A stretch of DNA of 64,000 nt from Alphaproteobacteria bacterium (lineage in GTDB: Bacteria; Pseudomonadota; Alphaproteobacteria; GCA-2731375): assembly GCA_965232515.1 (NCBI GenBank), contig CBDDPY010000002.1, positions 5,536,001 through 5,600,000 of the forward strand. Direction: 5' to 3'. The first letter of the stretch is position 1. The number at the start of each line of letters is the position of its first letter. Under the pieces are notes generated by a model. That model was not told the DNA's origin. It saw only the letters and a program-made list of their open reading frames with translations, and did not search any database. Shown piece by piece: positions 8,188-17,760 of the stretch. Both the position numbers and the translations under genes were made by a program.

Positions 8188-11145
8188 ATGCGCATCCAGC
8201 TCGTGGACGATTTTCGCTTCGTTCATGAGCCGCGCGGCCTGGACGCGACGCCGGGCCGCGCCCGTGTTGTCGCCCGCGATTCGGACGCCGAGGCGCTTGC
8301 GAGCCGCATCCTGCTGTCCGACGGCGGCGCTTTCCTGATCACCGGCTATCGCGGCGTCGGCAAGACGACGTTCGTGAATGAGGTCGTCGGCCGCGTGCGC
8401 GATCGCCTGGAAAGCGGGCGTGTCACCGGCGGCACCGCGCACCTGCTCGACGTCTATCTCAGTCTCGCCCGGCCGATGACCGGCGTTGAGCTCATGCACC
8501 ACATCCTGCGCGGCCTGCACGACCGGCTGCGCCGCGACCGCCTGCTGCGCCGCCTGGCGCCAGGTCTGCGCGAGGACATCGAGCTGGCTTTCATGCGCAC
8601 CAGCACGACGCTCGCCTACAACACGTCCGAAAGCGCCGAGCACAGCTACAGTCTCGGCGGACTTTCCGCCAAGCTGCCATTCCTCGGCCTCGCGCCGTCG
8701 CTCGATCTCGGCGGCAAGCGCAGCCGCGGCCTCAGCCGGCAGATGACGTATCTCGCCTATGACGACAAGGCTGCCGAACAGGATCTGATCCGCATCGGCC
8801 GCGAGCTGACCGACGGCTACGAGACGCAGGCCGCCACCCTTCGCCGGCTCGCGCGGCTGTTCGGCGCCGCGCCGCGGCGCCTGCCGATCAAGGTGCTGTT
8901 CGTCTTCGACGAGCTTGACAAGCTGGAACGCGGCGGCAGCGACGCCGCGAGCGCCGTCGACGAGATGCTGGGCAGTCTGAAGACCCTGCTGACGACATCC
9001 GGCATGTCGTTCATTTTCGTCGCCGGCAAGGATTTTCACGACCGCTGGCTCGCCGACGTCAGTCGCGGCGACAGCATCTACGAGAGTGTCTTCGCGCATG
9101 TCAGCTATTTGCCGGCGCTATGGGCCGATATCGGCGAGTTCTGCGATCCCGTCGTGCACAAAACGGAGCACGAAGGCGGCGGCAGCGCCACGCGCCGCGC
9201 CTATGGCGACTTCAAGAAGTTCCTCGCCTTCAAGGGCCGCGGCATTCCGCGGCGCATCTTCCGCGGCTTCTACGAGCATGTGGTCTGGGAGGACGGCGCT
9301 GCACGCCTCGCCTTTGACGCCGAGGATTTGCGCCGCTTCGAATTTTTCGCCGGTCTGTTCGATGCGCTGCAAGCGGGCGAGCGGGAGCTGTTCGGCGAGC
9401 GCGCCGGCGAACGCCAGAGCGAGCGCACCGACCAGCAGCGGCTCGGCATCTACTACCTTACTGACTGGATCCTGAACCGAGGCGCGCAGTGGTTCAGCAA
9501 GGAGGACGCGCTTGCCGCGTCCAGCCGCCTGAGCCGCCTGGTGGCGCCGGCCGAGGACGTGGCGCCGTCGGTCGTCGAGGGCCTGACCGCGCTGCTTATC
9601 GCGCGGGGCTACCTCGAGCCGGTGAAGGACGAAACCGTCGCCCGCGTCGTGTCGAAGGAGGGCCAGACCCCTGTCTGGTACCGCGTGCCGCGCCGGCGTT
9701 TGATCGAGATGGGCCGCATGTCCGGTTTCTTCGAGCGCGAGTCCGAGGCGCTGCATGACGAGGACGCGCCCGGCGTGCCGCGCGAGCGCTACGAGATCCT
9801 GGGCGAGATCGGTCGCGGCGGCTCCTCCACCGTGTTCAAGGCGCTCGACCGGCGCACCGGACAGCTCGTCGCCATCAAGCAGCTCCACGCCTCGCTGGTC
9901 GATTCCGATCTGGCGCCGCGCTTCCGCGCCGAGATCGAGTTCCTCGCCAACCTGCACCATCCGGGCATCGTGCGGCTGCATGACGCCGGCCTCGACGCCG
10001 AACGGCCCTACCTGGTGATGGACTATCTCGAGGGCGTGTCGCTGCGCCACACCATCGGGCGCGACCAGGGCCTCGAGCCCGACGCCGTGCTCGCTCTCGC
10101 CGATCCGTTGCTCGACGTGCTGGCCTACATTCACGAGCAGGGCGTGCTCTGGCGCGACGCGAAGCCGTCGAACGTGCTCCTGACGCCGCAGGGCCGGCTC
10201 GTCATTATCGACTTCGGCATCGCCCAGGCCATGCGCGACGAGCTGACCCGGACGCAGAGCGTGATTGGCACGCCGCGCTACATGGCGCCCGAGCAGATCC
10301 GCGGGGAGCGTCTCGACACCCGCACCGACATCTACGCCGTCGGCACCATCCTCTACGAATTGCTGACCGGTCACGCGCCCTACGAGGCGACGCAGATCGT
10401 CGAGGCCATGCAGCGCGTGCTGAACGAGACCGCCGCGCCGCCGTCCTCGCTTGCCGACGTGCCGCCGGCTCTGGACGCCGTCGTCATGAAGTGCATGGAA
10501 AAGGACCGCGACGACCGGTACGAGTCGGCCGCGGCCCTGCGTGCCGCGCTGCCGGCGCCGTCGTCGAAGATTGATCTGCGCGACATCGCCGCGCGGGCAT
10601 TGGCTCGCAAGCAAGACGCGGACAGCTACGAAGCCGCCGCGACACGGCTCGTCACCATGGCGGCGACCATGGCGACCGAGGTCGCGCCGCCGCCGCCCGT
10701 CTCGCCGGCACCCGCGCCGCCACCGCCGCCACAACCGACCGCTGTCGCGCCGACCGTACTGGTGCCGGACCAGCCGGCGGAAGCGACGGTCATGATCGCG
10801 GCACCGGCCGCCGGTCCGCGCATCGTCGTGGAATCTGACGCCGGCACGCGCCAGATCGTGCTGGGCGGGCACGACGCCTCCATCGGCCGCAGCCATGACA
10901 ACCGCATCGTCGTCCGCAGCAGCGGCGTGTCGCGTTACCACGCCATCCTCCGCGCACGGGACGCGGGTTATGTCGTCGAGGACGTGAACAGCGCCAACGG
11001 TCTGATGGTCAACGACAGGCTCACGCGCGGCCCGACCACGCTCAACGATGGCGACGTGCTGCGGATCGGCGACGTGAATCTGCGTTATCGCGAGGGCGCC
11101 GACGACCGGGTGGACGAGACCGCGGAAAATGCCGCGGCCTCGTAG
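8188..11145 (+). CDS. P-loop NTPase - Ser/Thr protein kinase - FHA fusion protein
   Basis: Walker A GYRGVGKT and Walker B VFDELDK; kinase motifs GRGGSSTV, VAIK, WRDAKPSN, DFG, APE; FHA motifs IGR, SRYHA, NSANG. Confidence 0.9.
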   Translation: MRIQLVDDFRFVHEPRGLDATPGRARVVARDSDAEALASRILLSDGGAFLITGYRGVGKTTFVNEVVGRVRDRLESGRVTGGTAHLLDVYLSLARPMTGVELMHHILRGLHDRLRRDRLLRRLAPGLREDIELAFMRTSTTLAYNTSESAEHSYSLGGLSAKLPFLGLAPSLDLGGKRSRGLSRQMTYLAYDDKAAEQDLIRIGRELTDGYETQAATLRRLARLFGAAPRRLPIKVLFVFDELDKLERGGSDAASAVDEMLGSLKTLLTTSGMSFIFVAGKDFHDRWLADVSRGDSIYESVFAHVSYLPALWADIGEFCDPVVHKTEHEGGGSATRRAYGDFKKFLAFKGRGIPRRIFRGFYEHVVWEDGAARLAFDAEDLRRFEFFAGLFDALQAGERELFGERAGERQSERTDQQRLGIYYLTDWILNRGAQWFSKEDALAASSRLSRLVAPAEDVAPSVVEGLTALLIARGYLEPVKDETVARVVSKEGQTPVWYRVPRRRLIEMGRMSGFFERESEALHDEDAPGVPRERYEILGEIGRGGSSTVFKALDRRTGQLVAIKQLHASLVDSDLAPRFRAEIEFLANLHHPGIVRLHDAGLDAERPYLVMDYLEGVSLRHTIGRDQGLEPDAVLALADPLLDVLAYIHEQGVLWRDAKPSNVLLTPQGRLVIIDFGIAQAMRDELTRTQSVIGTPRYMAPEQIRGERLDTRTDIYAVGTILYELLTGHAPYEATQIVEAMQRVLNETAAPPSSLADVPPALDAVVMKCMEKDRDDRYESAAALRAALPAPSSKIDLRDIAARALARKQDADSYEAAATRLVTMAATMATEVAPPPPVSPAPAPPPPPQPTAVAPTVLVPDQPAEATVMIAAPAAGPRIVVESDAGTRQIVLGGHDASIGRSHDNRIVVRSSGVSRYHAILRARDAGYVVEDVNSANGLMVNDRLTRGPTTLNDGDVLRIGDVNLRYREGADDRVDETAENAAAS

Positions 11146-11219
11146 TTTCGCCGCGAACTCCCATCTAAGAGGGGCAGAGGCGCCGGATGGTGTAAACTCG
11201 GCGCTATGAAGGGATCCGC

Positions 11220-14072
11220 GTGAGCGAACAACGGCAAGCCGATACCGACGTCGACCGCACCGACGCCATGGCCGGCCAGGTGCTGCAGATCGTTCACGAT
11301 CTCGCGGTCGAGCTCAATCCCGGCCGCGAACGCACGCTTCAGGTCGGCCTGAATAGTTCGCTTGACCGCGACCTCGGCCTCGACAGCCTCGGCCGCGCCG
11401 AATTGCTGCTGCGTCTGGAACGCGCCTTCAAGGTCGAGATGCCGCAGAGGCTTTTGGGCGAGGCCGAGACGCCGAACGATCTGCTGGCCGTGCTCGCGTC
11501 GCTGGAGCCGGCCGAGGGCTGGGGCGTCGCGCCCGAGCGCCGCCGGCCGGCTCTCGAAGTGGTCGACGCGGCGCCGACCGAAGCCGAAACCCTGATGGAG
11601 GTGCTGGACTGGCAATACGACCGGCACCCCGACCGGCCGCACATCCTGCTGGCCGAGGACGAGGGCGGCGAGCGCACCATTACCTATCGCGATCTGACCG
11701 AGGCCGCGCGCGCCCTCGCCGCTCGCCTGCAGCATTGGGGGTTGGCGCCGGGCGACCGGGTGGCGCTGATGCTGCCGACCTGCCGGGAGTTCTTCGACGC
11801 CTTCTTCGGCATCCTCTATGCCGGCGGCGTGCCGGTGCCGATCTATCCGCCGATGCGGTTGTCGCAGCTCGAGGAGCATATGCGCCGTCAGGCGGTGATC
11901 CTGGAGAATGCCGGCGCCGTGTTGCTGATCACCGTGGCGGAAGCGCGCCGGGTCGCGGCCGTGCTGCGCGCCCGTGTCGACAGCCTGCGCGCCGTCGAGA
12001 CCGTCGACAGCCTGCCGACCGCGTCGGCGGCCTGGACCCCGGTGCCGCGGCAGCCGGACGATCTGGCGCTGTTGCAATACACCTCCGGCAGCACCGGCGA
12101 TCCAAAGGGTGTGATGCTGACGCACGCCAATCTGCTGTCGAACTCGCGCGCCATGATCGAGGCCATGCACGCGGACTCGTCCGACGTCTTCGTCAGCTGG
12201 ATGCCGCTCTACCACGACATGGGCCTGATCGGCGCCTGGCTCAGCACCATGTACTGTTCGGTGCCGGTCAACATCATGTCGCCGCTGGCGTTCCTGGCGC
12301 GGCCGTCGCGCTGGCTCTGGGCCATGCATCGGCATCGCGGCACGCTGTCCGGCGGCCCGAACTTCGGCTTCGAGCTCTGCCTTCGCAACGTCGACGATTC
12401 CGAGATCGAAGGCCTCGATCTCAGCAGCGTGCGCATGATCGTCAACGGCGCCGAGCCGGTGAACGCCGACACGCTGCAGCGGTTCTCGGAGCGCTTCGCG
12501 CGCTACGGTCTGCGGCCGGACGCCGTGGCGCCGGTCTACGGTCTCGCCGAATCCACCGTCGGCCTCGCTTTTCCGCCGCCCGAACGCCTGCCCATCATCG
12601 AACATATCCGCGCCGGCCCCCTGGCGACGACCGGCGTCGCCGAACTGGCGCTCGCCGGCGAAACGGATACGCACACATTCGTCGCCTGCGGCCGGCCGAT
12701 CCCGCGCCATGAGGCCCGCATCGTCGACGAGACCGGCCGCGAGGTCGGCGAGCGCCGGCAGGGCCGGCTCGAATTCCGCGGCCCGTCGATGACGCAGGGC
12801 TATTTCGGCAAGCCCGAGGAGACCGCGAAGATCTACCACGACGGCTGGATCGACAGCGGCGACTTCGCCTACATGGCCGGCGGCGACATCTTCATCACCG
12901 GCCGCAGCAAGGACATCATCATCCGCGCCGGCCGCAACATCTATCCGCACGAAGCCGAGGCCACGGTCGGCGAAGTGCCGGGCGTGCGCCGCGGCTGCGT
13001 CGCCGTGTTCGGCAGCACTGACGCCGCGGCCGGCACCGAGCGCATCGTCGTGCTCGCCGAAACCCGCGAGACCGATCCGGCGGCGTTGGAGTCGTTGCGT
13101 GGACGCGTCAGCGAAGCGGCCTCCGACGTGCTCGGCGGGCCGCCCGACGAAGTCGTGCTGGCGCCGCCGCAAAGCGTGCCGAAGACATCGAGCGGCAAGC
13201 TGCGCCGGTCGTCCGCCCGCAGGCTCTACGAAGAGGGCCGGATCGGCAGCAAGGCCCGCGCCGTCTGGTGGCAGATCGCCCGCATGACCGCGGCCGGCCT
13301 CGGCGCCGTGGTCCGGCGGCAGGCGCGCCGCGCGCTGTCGCTGGTCTATGCCGGTTATTGGTGGACCGTTATCGGCCTGCTCGGCGCCGTTTGCTGGCTG
13401 CTGGTTGTGGGCGTCAGTCCACCGTCATTGCGCTGGGCTGTCGTGCGCGGCGTCGGCCGGGTGTTCCTGGCGCTGACCGGCGTGCGCTTCACCGTCGAGG
13501 GCGAGGGCAGGGCGTCGACCGGCGACGCCATCGTCGTTGCCAACCACTCAAGCTATATCGACAGTCTGGTGCTGGCGATGGCGGTGCCGGCCGACCTCAG
13601 CTTCGTTGCCAAGAAGGAGCTGGAGAGCCAGCGCGTCGCCGGCCCGTTCCTGCGCCGGCTCGGCACGCTGTTCGTCGAACGCTTCGATCCGGAAGCCGGC
13701 CTCGCCGACGCCGCCGCCGCGGCCGGCGCGGCCCAGGACGGCCATCCGCTGGTGTTCTATCCCGAGGGCACCTTCACCCGGGCGCCTGGTCTGCTGGCGT
13801 TCCGGCTCGGCGCCTTCAAGACCGCGGTCGATGCCGGGCGGCCGGTGCTGCCGGTAACGCTGCGCGGCACCCGCTCGCTGTTGCGCGGCGGCCAGTGGTT
13901 CCCCCGCCGCGGCCCGCTCTCGGCCGTGATCGGAGAGACCATCGCGCCCGACGGCAGCGACTTTGGTGCGGCCATCCGCCTGCGCGACGCCGCCCGGGCG
14001 CAGATCCTGGCGCAATGCGGCGAGCCCGACCTGGCGCACGAACGGCCGGCGATCTTCGACGCCGACGGCTAA
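11220..14072 (+). CDS. ACP - fatty acyl-AMP ligase - lysophospholipid acyltransferase fusion
   Basis: DLGLDSL phosphopantetheine site, LQYTSGSTG, PLYHDMGLIG, YGLAE, NHSSYID (HX4D) and YPEGT. Confidence 0.92.
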   Translation: MSEQRQADTDVDRTDAMAGQVLQIVHDLAVELNPGRERTLQVGLNSSLDRDLGLDSLGRAELLLRLERAFKVEMPQRLLGEAETPNDLLAVLASLEPAEGWGVAPERRRPALEVVDAAPTEAETLMEVLDWQYDRHPDRPHILLAEDEGGERTITYRDLTEAARALAARLQHWGLAPGDRVALMLPTCREFFDAFFGILYAGGVPVPIYPPMRLSQLEEHMRRQAVILENAGAVLLITVAEARRVAAVLRARVDSLRAVETVDSLPTASAAWTPVPRQPDDLALLQYTSGSTGDPKGVMLTHANLLSNSRAMIEAMHADSSDVFVSWMPLYHDMGLIGAWLSTMYCSVPVNIMSPLAFLARPSRWLWAMHRHRGTLSGGPNFGFELCLRNVDDSEIEGLDLSSVRMIVNGAEPVNADTLQRFSERFARYGLRPDAVAPVYGLAESTVGLAFPPPERLPIIEHIRAGPLATTGVAELALAGETDTHTFVACGRPIPRHEARIVDETGREVGERRQGRLEFRGPSMTQGYFGKPEETAKIYHDGWIDSGDFAYMAGGDIFITGRSKDIIIRAGRNIYPHEAEATVGEVPGVRRGCVAVFGSTDAAAGTERIVVLAETRETDPAALESLRGRVSEAASDVLGGPPDEVVLAPPQSVPKTSSGKLRRSSARRLYEEGRIGSKARAVWWQIARMTAAGLGAVVRRQARRALSLVYAGYWWTVIGLLGAVCWLLVVGVSPPSLRWAVVRGVGRVFLALTGVRFTVEGEGRASTGDAIVVANHSSYIDSLVLAMAVPADLSFVAKKELESQRVAGPFLRRLGTLFVERFDPEAGLADAAAAAGAAQDGHPLVFYPEGTFTRAPGLLAFRLGAFKTAVDAGRPVLPVTLRGTRSLLRGGQWFPRRGPLSAVIGETIAPDGSDFGAAIRLRDAARAQILAQCGEPDLAHERPAIFDADG

Positions 14073-14075
14073 TTC

Positions 14076-14504
14076 GTGCTGAACGACGCCGAGCGGCGCT
14101 TCCTCGACAGCCAGCCGGTCGGGCGGCTGGCGACGGCCGACGCCGCCGGTCGGCCGCACGTCGTGCCGGTCTGCTTCGCCATTGCCGGCGATAACGTCTA
14201 TGTCGCCATCGACGCCAAGCCCAAGCATGGCGATCCGCTGCGCCTCAAGCGCCTGCGCAACATCGCCGAGAACCCATCGGTATCCCTGGTCGTCGACCGC
14301 TACACCGACGACTGGTCCCGCCTCGGCTGGGTGCTGCTCCACGGCCGAGCCGAGATCCTGACCGGCGGCGCGGAACACGCAAACGCGCAAGACCTCGTCC
14401 GCGCCCGCTACCCGCAAATGCAGGCCATGGACCTCACCGGCCTGCCGGTCATCGCTCTCCGCGTCGCCCGTACCAGCCACTGGGGCGACCTGACGCCGGA
14501 TTGA
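14076..14504 (+). CDS. PPOX-class (probably F420-dependent, Rv0121-like) oxidoreductase
   Basis: GRLATAD...PHVVPVCF, DAKPK, RLRNIAENP, DRYTDDWSRLGWV. Confidence 0.8.
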   Translation: MLNDAERRFLDSQPVGRLATADAAGRPHVVPVCFAIAGDNVYVAIDAKPKHGDPLRLKRLRNIAENPSVSLVVDRYTDDWSRLGWVLLHGRAEILTGGAEHANAQDLVRARYPQMQAMDLTGLPVIALRVARTSHWGDLTPD

Positions 14505-14524
14505 GCTAAACCGCAAAAATGATG

Positions 14525-14546
14525 GTCATCCTGGCGCAGGCCAGGA
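14525..14546 (+). repeat. REP-like palindrome interrupted by IS30 (left part)
   Basis: GTCATCCTGGCGCAGGCCAGGA continues as TCCA at 15587; intact twin at 21518-21544. Confidence 0.85.
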
Positions 14547-15536
14547 GGTGGATTCACATTCGAAGTGCAACAGGTGTTCGATGAAGACCTCGGCTGGGGT
14601 TCTGTAGTCAAGGCATTTCCGCGGCGTGGTGTTGTAGGCGCGCAGGTATTGGTGCAGGCGCCGGCGGTTGAGCTCGTCGAGGTTTGTCTTTCGGGGGATG
14701 AAGCGTCGGAAGCGGCCGATGGCGTTTTCGATGCCGCCCTTCTGCCAGGGGGCATGGGGGTCGCAGAAGTAGGTTTGCATGTCGATGTGCTGGAGTTCGG
14801 TGTGGCGGGCGAATTCGGTGCCGTTGTCGAAGGTGACGGTCTGGCGCAGGTCGGGCGGCAGGTCGGCGAACAGGGCGTGCAGGTGGTCTGCGATGGGCTG
14901 TGCGGCCTTACCCGGTGGCCGGGTGGCGAGGAGGATGCGGGAGAGACGTTCATGGCAGACGAGGATGGCCTGGCCGTAGGTCGCGAACAGCATGAGGTCG
15001 GCTTCCCAGTGTCCCGGGGTTGTGCGGTCGTCGACGTCGGCCGGGCGATCGGCGATGGGCACGCGGCCGGCGATGAAGCTGGCCGGGCTGCCGCCCCTGC
15101 GGCCGCGCCAGCCGCGTTTGCTTTTGCCGCGCGGCAGCAGCAGGCGCCAGCGGAAGTCCTGGGTGCGGGCGAGCTGGGCATAGACGAAGCGGTAGATGCT
15201 TTCATGCGAGATGACGTGTTGGCCGGCGGTGTGGGCGAGCCGGCCGGCGACCTGTTCCGGCGACCAGCCGCGTTTGAGGCCGTCGAGGACGCGGTCGCGC
15301 AAGCTCGGATCGCGTTGCAGGCGGGGCCCGGACCAGCGCCGGGCGCGGGCCTGCTGCTGGGCATAGGCTGGCTTGTAGCCGACCTGTCGGCCGCTGTTGC
15401 GTTTCAGTTCGCGAGAGACTGTTGATGGCGCGCGATCCAGAGCTGCCGCGATTTGCCGGATCGAGCGGCCGGCGGTTTGAAGGCGGGAAATCTCACACCG
15501 CTCTTCCAGTGACAACTGGGCGTAATCGGATCCCAT
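14526..15536 (-). CDS. IS30-family transposase
   Basis: HTH (STVSRELKRN), WSPEQVAG, GHWEADL, TFDNGTEF, PWQKGGIEN, PRKCLDYRTP. Confidence 0.97.
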   Translation of the reverse strand: MGSDYAQLSLEERCEISRLQTAGRSIRQIAAALDRAPSTVSRELKRNSGRQVGYKPAYAQQQARARRWSGPRLQRDPSLRDRVLDGLKRGWSPEQVAGRLAHTAGQHVISHESIYRFVYAQLARTQDFRWRLLLPRGKSKRGWRGRRGGSPASFIAGRVPIADRPADVDDRTTPGHWEADLMLFATYGQAILVCHERLSRILLATRPPGKAAQPIADHLHALFADLPPDLRQTVTFDNGTEFARHTELQHIDMQTYFCDPHAPWQKGGIENAIGRFRRFIPRKTNLDELNRRRLHQYLRAYNTTPRKCLDYRTPAEVFIEHLLHFECESTSWPAPG

Positions 15537-15583
15537 CGCAACACCTCCAACACAAGGTGTTGCACTTCGTTTGTGAACTCAGG
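14547..15583 (-). mobile_element. IS30-family insertion sequence
   Basis: Imperfect 26-bp IRs (GGTGGATTCACATTCGAAGTGCAACA and, as reverse complement, CCTGAGTTCACAAACGAAGTGCAACA), flanked by a GGA duplication at 14544-14546 and 15584-15586. Confidence 0.92.
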
Positions 15584-15605
15584 GGATCCATGTTGGAGTC
15601 AGCGA

Positions 15606-15632
15606 TGGATACCGGCCTTCGCCGGTATGACG
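15606..15632 (-). repeat. CGTC-type REP-like palindrome (partner of the interrupted REP)
   Basis: Reverse complement CGTCATACCGGCGAAGGCCGGTATCCA. Confidence 0.8.
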
Positions 15633-15669
15633 ATGGTTTTGGGCCTCGGCCGAATGTCTCCGCCGCCCC

Positions 15670-16608
15670 TCAAGCCTCCACCGGCACTGCCGCCAGCGTC
15701 GGAATGGCCGGCAGAACCTCGTCGATCAGCCGTTGCGTCTGCTCCACGATGTCGTCCGAGCCGGCGAGCGGCCGCAGCACGAACTTCGACACGCCCGCGG
15801 CGACATAGGCCCGCAGGCAGTCGATGATCGCGTCCGTGTCGCCGACCGCGAAATAGTCCGACGGATCGCGCTTGAAACGCTTGGCGTAGCTCTCGGCTTG
15901 GCGCTTGACCGCTGGCTCGTCCCAACTGCCGAAACGAAACGGCATGCCGGCGCCGTAATGGTCGTCGTCGATGCGCCGGCCGGCCGCTTTGGCCGCCGCC
16001 TTGATGGCGCTGACCACCGGCGCCACCTGGGCCGGCGTTTCCAGGCCGGCGAGCCAGCCGGTGCCGAAGCGGGCCGTGCGCCGGATCGCCGCCTCGCTGG
16101 AACCGCCCAGCCACAGCGGCAACTGCTTCTGCACCGGTCGCGGCGCGATCGTGGCGCCTTCGAGCGTGAAGTATTCGCCGTGGAAGTCGACCTTCTCCTC
16201 GTGCCAGAGCCGGCTGATGATCTCCAGCGCCTCATCGCTGCGCTTGCCGCGGCCCTTGGTCGGCCGGCCCGTGGCCTGCCAATCCGGCGCCAGCACGTGG
16301 CCGAGACCGAAGGCCGGCAGCAGGCGGCCGTCGCTCAGCACGTCGATGGTGGCGCATTGCTTGGCCAGCAGCAGCGGGTCGCGCAGGCCCACCGAGGCGA
16401 CGTTCATGCCGAACTTGAGGCGCATCGTGCCGCCGGCCAGCGCCGCCATCGCGCTCATGCATTCCAGCATCGGCTCGCGCGAGACCAGCCGGTCGGTCTG
16501 CCAGATCGAATCCACCGGGCTGTCCTCGCACAGCGCCACCCAGCGCCAGAAGTCCTTGGCCGTCTCGAACGGAAAGACCGAGAGCCCGAGACCGATCGCA
16601 ATGCCCAT
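15670..16608 (-). CDS. LLM-class flavin/F420-dependent oxidoreductase
   Basis: LRDPLLLAKQCATIDVLSDGRL, FHGEYF, PLWLGG. Confidence 0.9.
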   Translation of the reverse strand: MGIAIGLGLSVFPFETAKDFWRWVALCEDSPVDSIWQTDRLVSREPMLECMSAMAALAGGTMRLKFGMNVASVGLRDPLLLAKQCATIDVLSDGRLLPAFGLGHVLAPDWQATGRPTKGRGKRSDEALEIISRLWHEEKVDFHGEYFTLEGATIAPRPVQKQLPLWLGGSSEAAIRRTARFGTGWLAGLETPAQVAPVVSAIKAAAKAAGRRIDDDHYGAGMPFRFGSWDEPAVKRQAESYAKRFKRDPSDYFAVGDTDAIIDCLRAYVAAGVSKFVLRPLAGSDDIVEQTQRLIDEVLPAIPTLAAVPVEA

Positions 16609-16710
16609 GCCGCTGCCTCCTAAAAGTGAAGGCTATGCTAGCACTGACGCTTGGCCATTGGCTGTTGGAAGTTCAGTTTGGATTGACGGATTGCCGAAGA
16701 CTCGCTTCCA

Positions 16711-16790
16711 GGCCGCGACTGCGGCCCGCCGGCTTATCCGGCGCGCCCGCGCAGGCGCGGACCGTCAGGTCCGCTGCCGTGAGCGCAAAA
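16711..16790. repeat. 80-bp multi-hairpin dispersed repeat, copy 2
   Basis: Identical to 4523-4602. Confidence 0.95.
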
Positions 16791-16793
16791 GAA

Positions 16794-17447
16794 CTAAATC
16801 CCGCTGCGAAGCCCGTTCGGCTCGCGGTGATGCTGCAATTCCGACGGCAGACTGGCGACGGTCATCAGCATGTCGACCGCGCTGCCGTCGCTGGTCAGCG
16901 GCAGGGTCAGCCGCCGCATGGTGTGCGTCTTCCAGCCGTCCGAGAACTGCAGTTCGTGCAGCACCGGCCGGCGCAGCCGCACGGCCTCGGCGAAGGCGTC
17001 GTGGATCAGTGCGGCATAATCCGGCGGCGTCAGGTCGCGGACGCTGCGGCCGGTGACGTCGCGGCCATAGGCCTGCACGACGCCGGTGCCAACCAGGCGG
17101 AACCGGAACGCCGGCAATTGCGGCCGCACGTCGATCAGGTTGATCCAGCCCAGGCTGCGGCACAGGTCCTCGGGCCGGATATCGGCGCGGCCCGGCATCT
17201 CGCGCACGCCGCGGCGTTCCTGCCAGTAGGCATAGACCGCGCGCAGCCGCTCGTCGCGCAGGGCTTCCACCGGCCGGCTGCGCTGACTGACGCGTTCAAT
17301 GGGGAACAGGCGTGGCGACACCGGGCTCGTCACGGCGATGCGCGCAAGATCGTGGGCGTTGAAATCGGCATCGAACCGTCCCTCTTCACCTGGGCTGACG
17401 GACTTGCCGGCTGCTGCAACCGTATCGACGCTGGATATCACGGCCAT
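16794..17447 (-). CDS. PAS_5-type domain protein
   Basis: YAYWQERRG...MPGRADIRP, FRFRLVGT...GRDVTG, RLTLPL. Confidence 0.8.
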   Translation of the reverse strand: MAVISSVDTVAAAGKSVSPGEEGRFDADFNAHDLARIAVTSPVSPRLFPIERVSQRSRPVEALRDERLRAVYAYWQERRGVREMPGRADIRPEDLCRSLGWINLIDVRPQLPAFRFRLVGTGVVQAYGRDVTGRSVRDLTPPDYAALIHDAFAEAVRLRRPVLHELQFSDGWKTHTMRRLTLPLTSDGSAVDMLMTVASLPSELQHHREPNGLRSGI

Positions 17448-17760
17448 GGACCCCCTGGTTGTGCCTCTCGGCTCCGTCGAGCGTCGAGAGGCTAGACTGC
17501 CTATACGGCCCCACAAGGTCGAAAATGGGGCCATATTGCGGCGTGCGCTGTGAAGCGCTTCACAGCGCACCGGGGATTTTCGGGAAACCGCGTCGCCGGC
17601 CGCCACGGAATCGCCTAATTGGTTGACGGATAAGCGGTTTTCGACCCGCTCGAAGCACCGGATTCGACGCAAAGTTAACCGGCCCTTAGCGCCGGCCGGG
17701 GTATCAAGGTCCGTCCGGCGGCGAGGTCCGCCGGGCCGCCAGTGCGGAGGGCGCCGGCCC

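Noticed and set aside
4510-17495. ORFs 4510-5334 and 16626-17495 share the peptide RPRLRPAGLSGAPAQARTVRSAAVSAK
   Set aside because: It is the translation of the 80-bp DNA repeat; both ORFs are antisense shadows of real genes.
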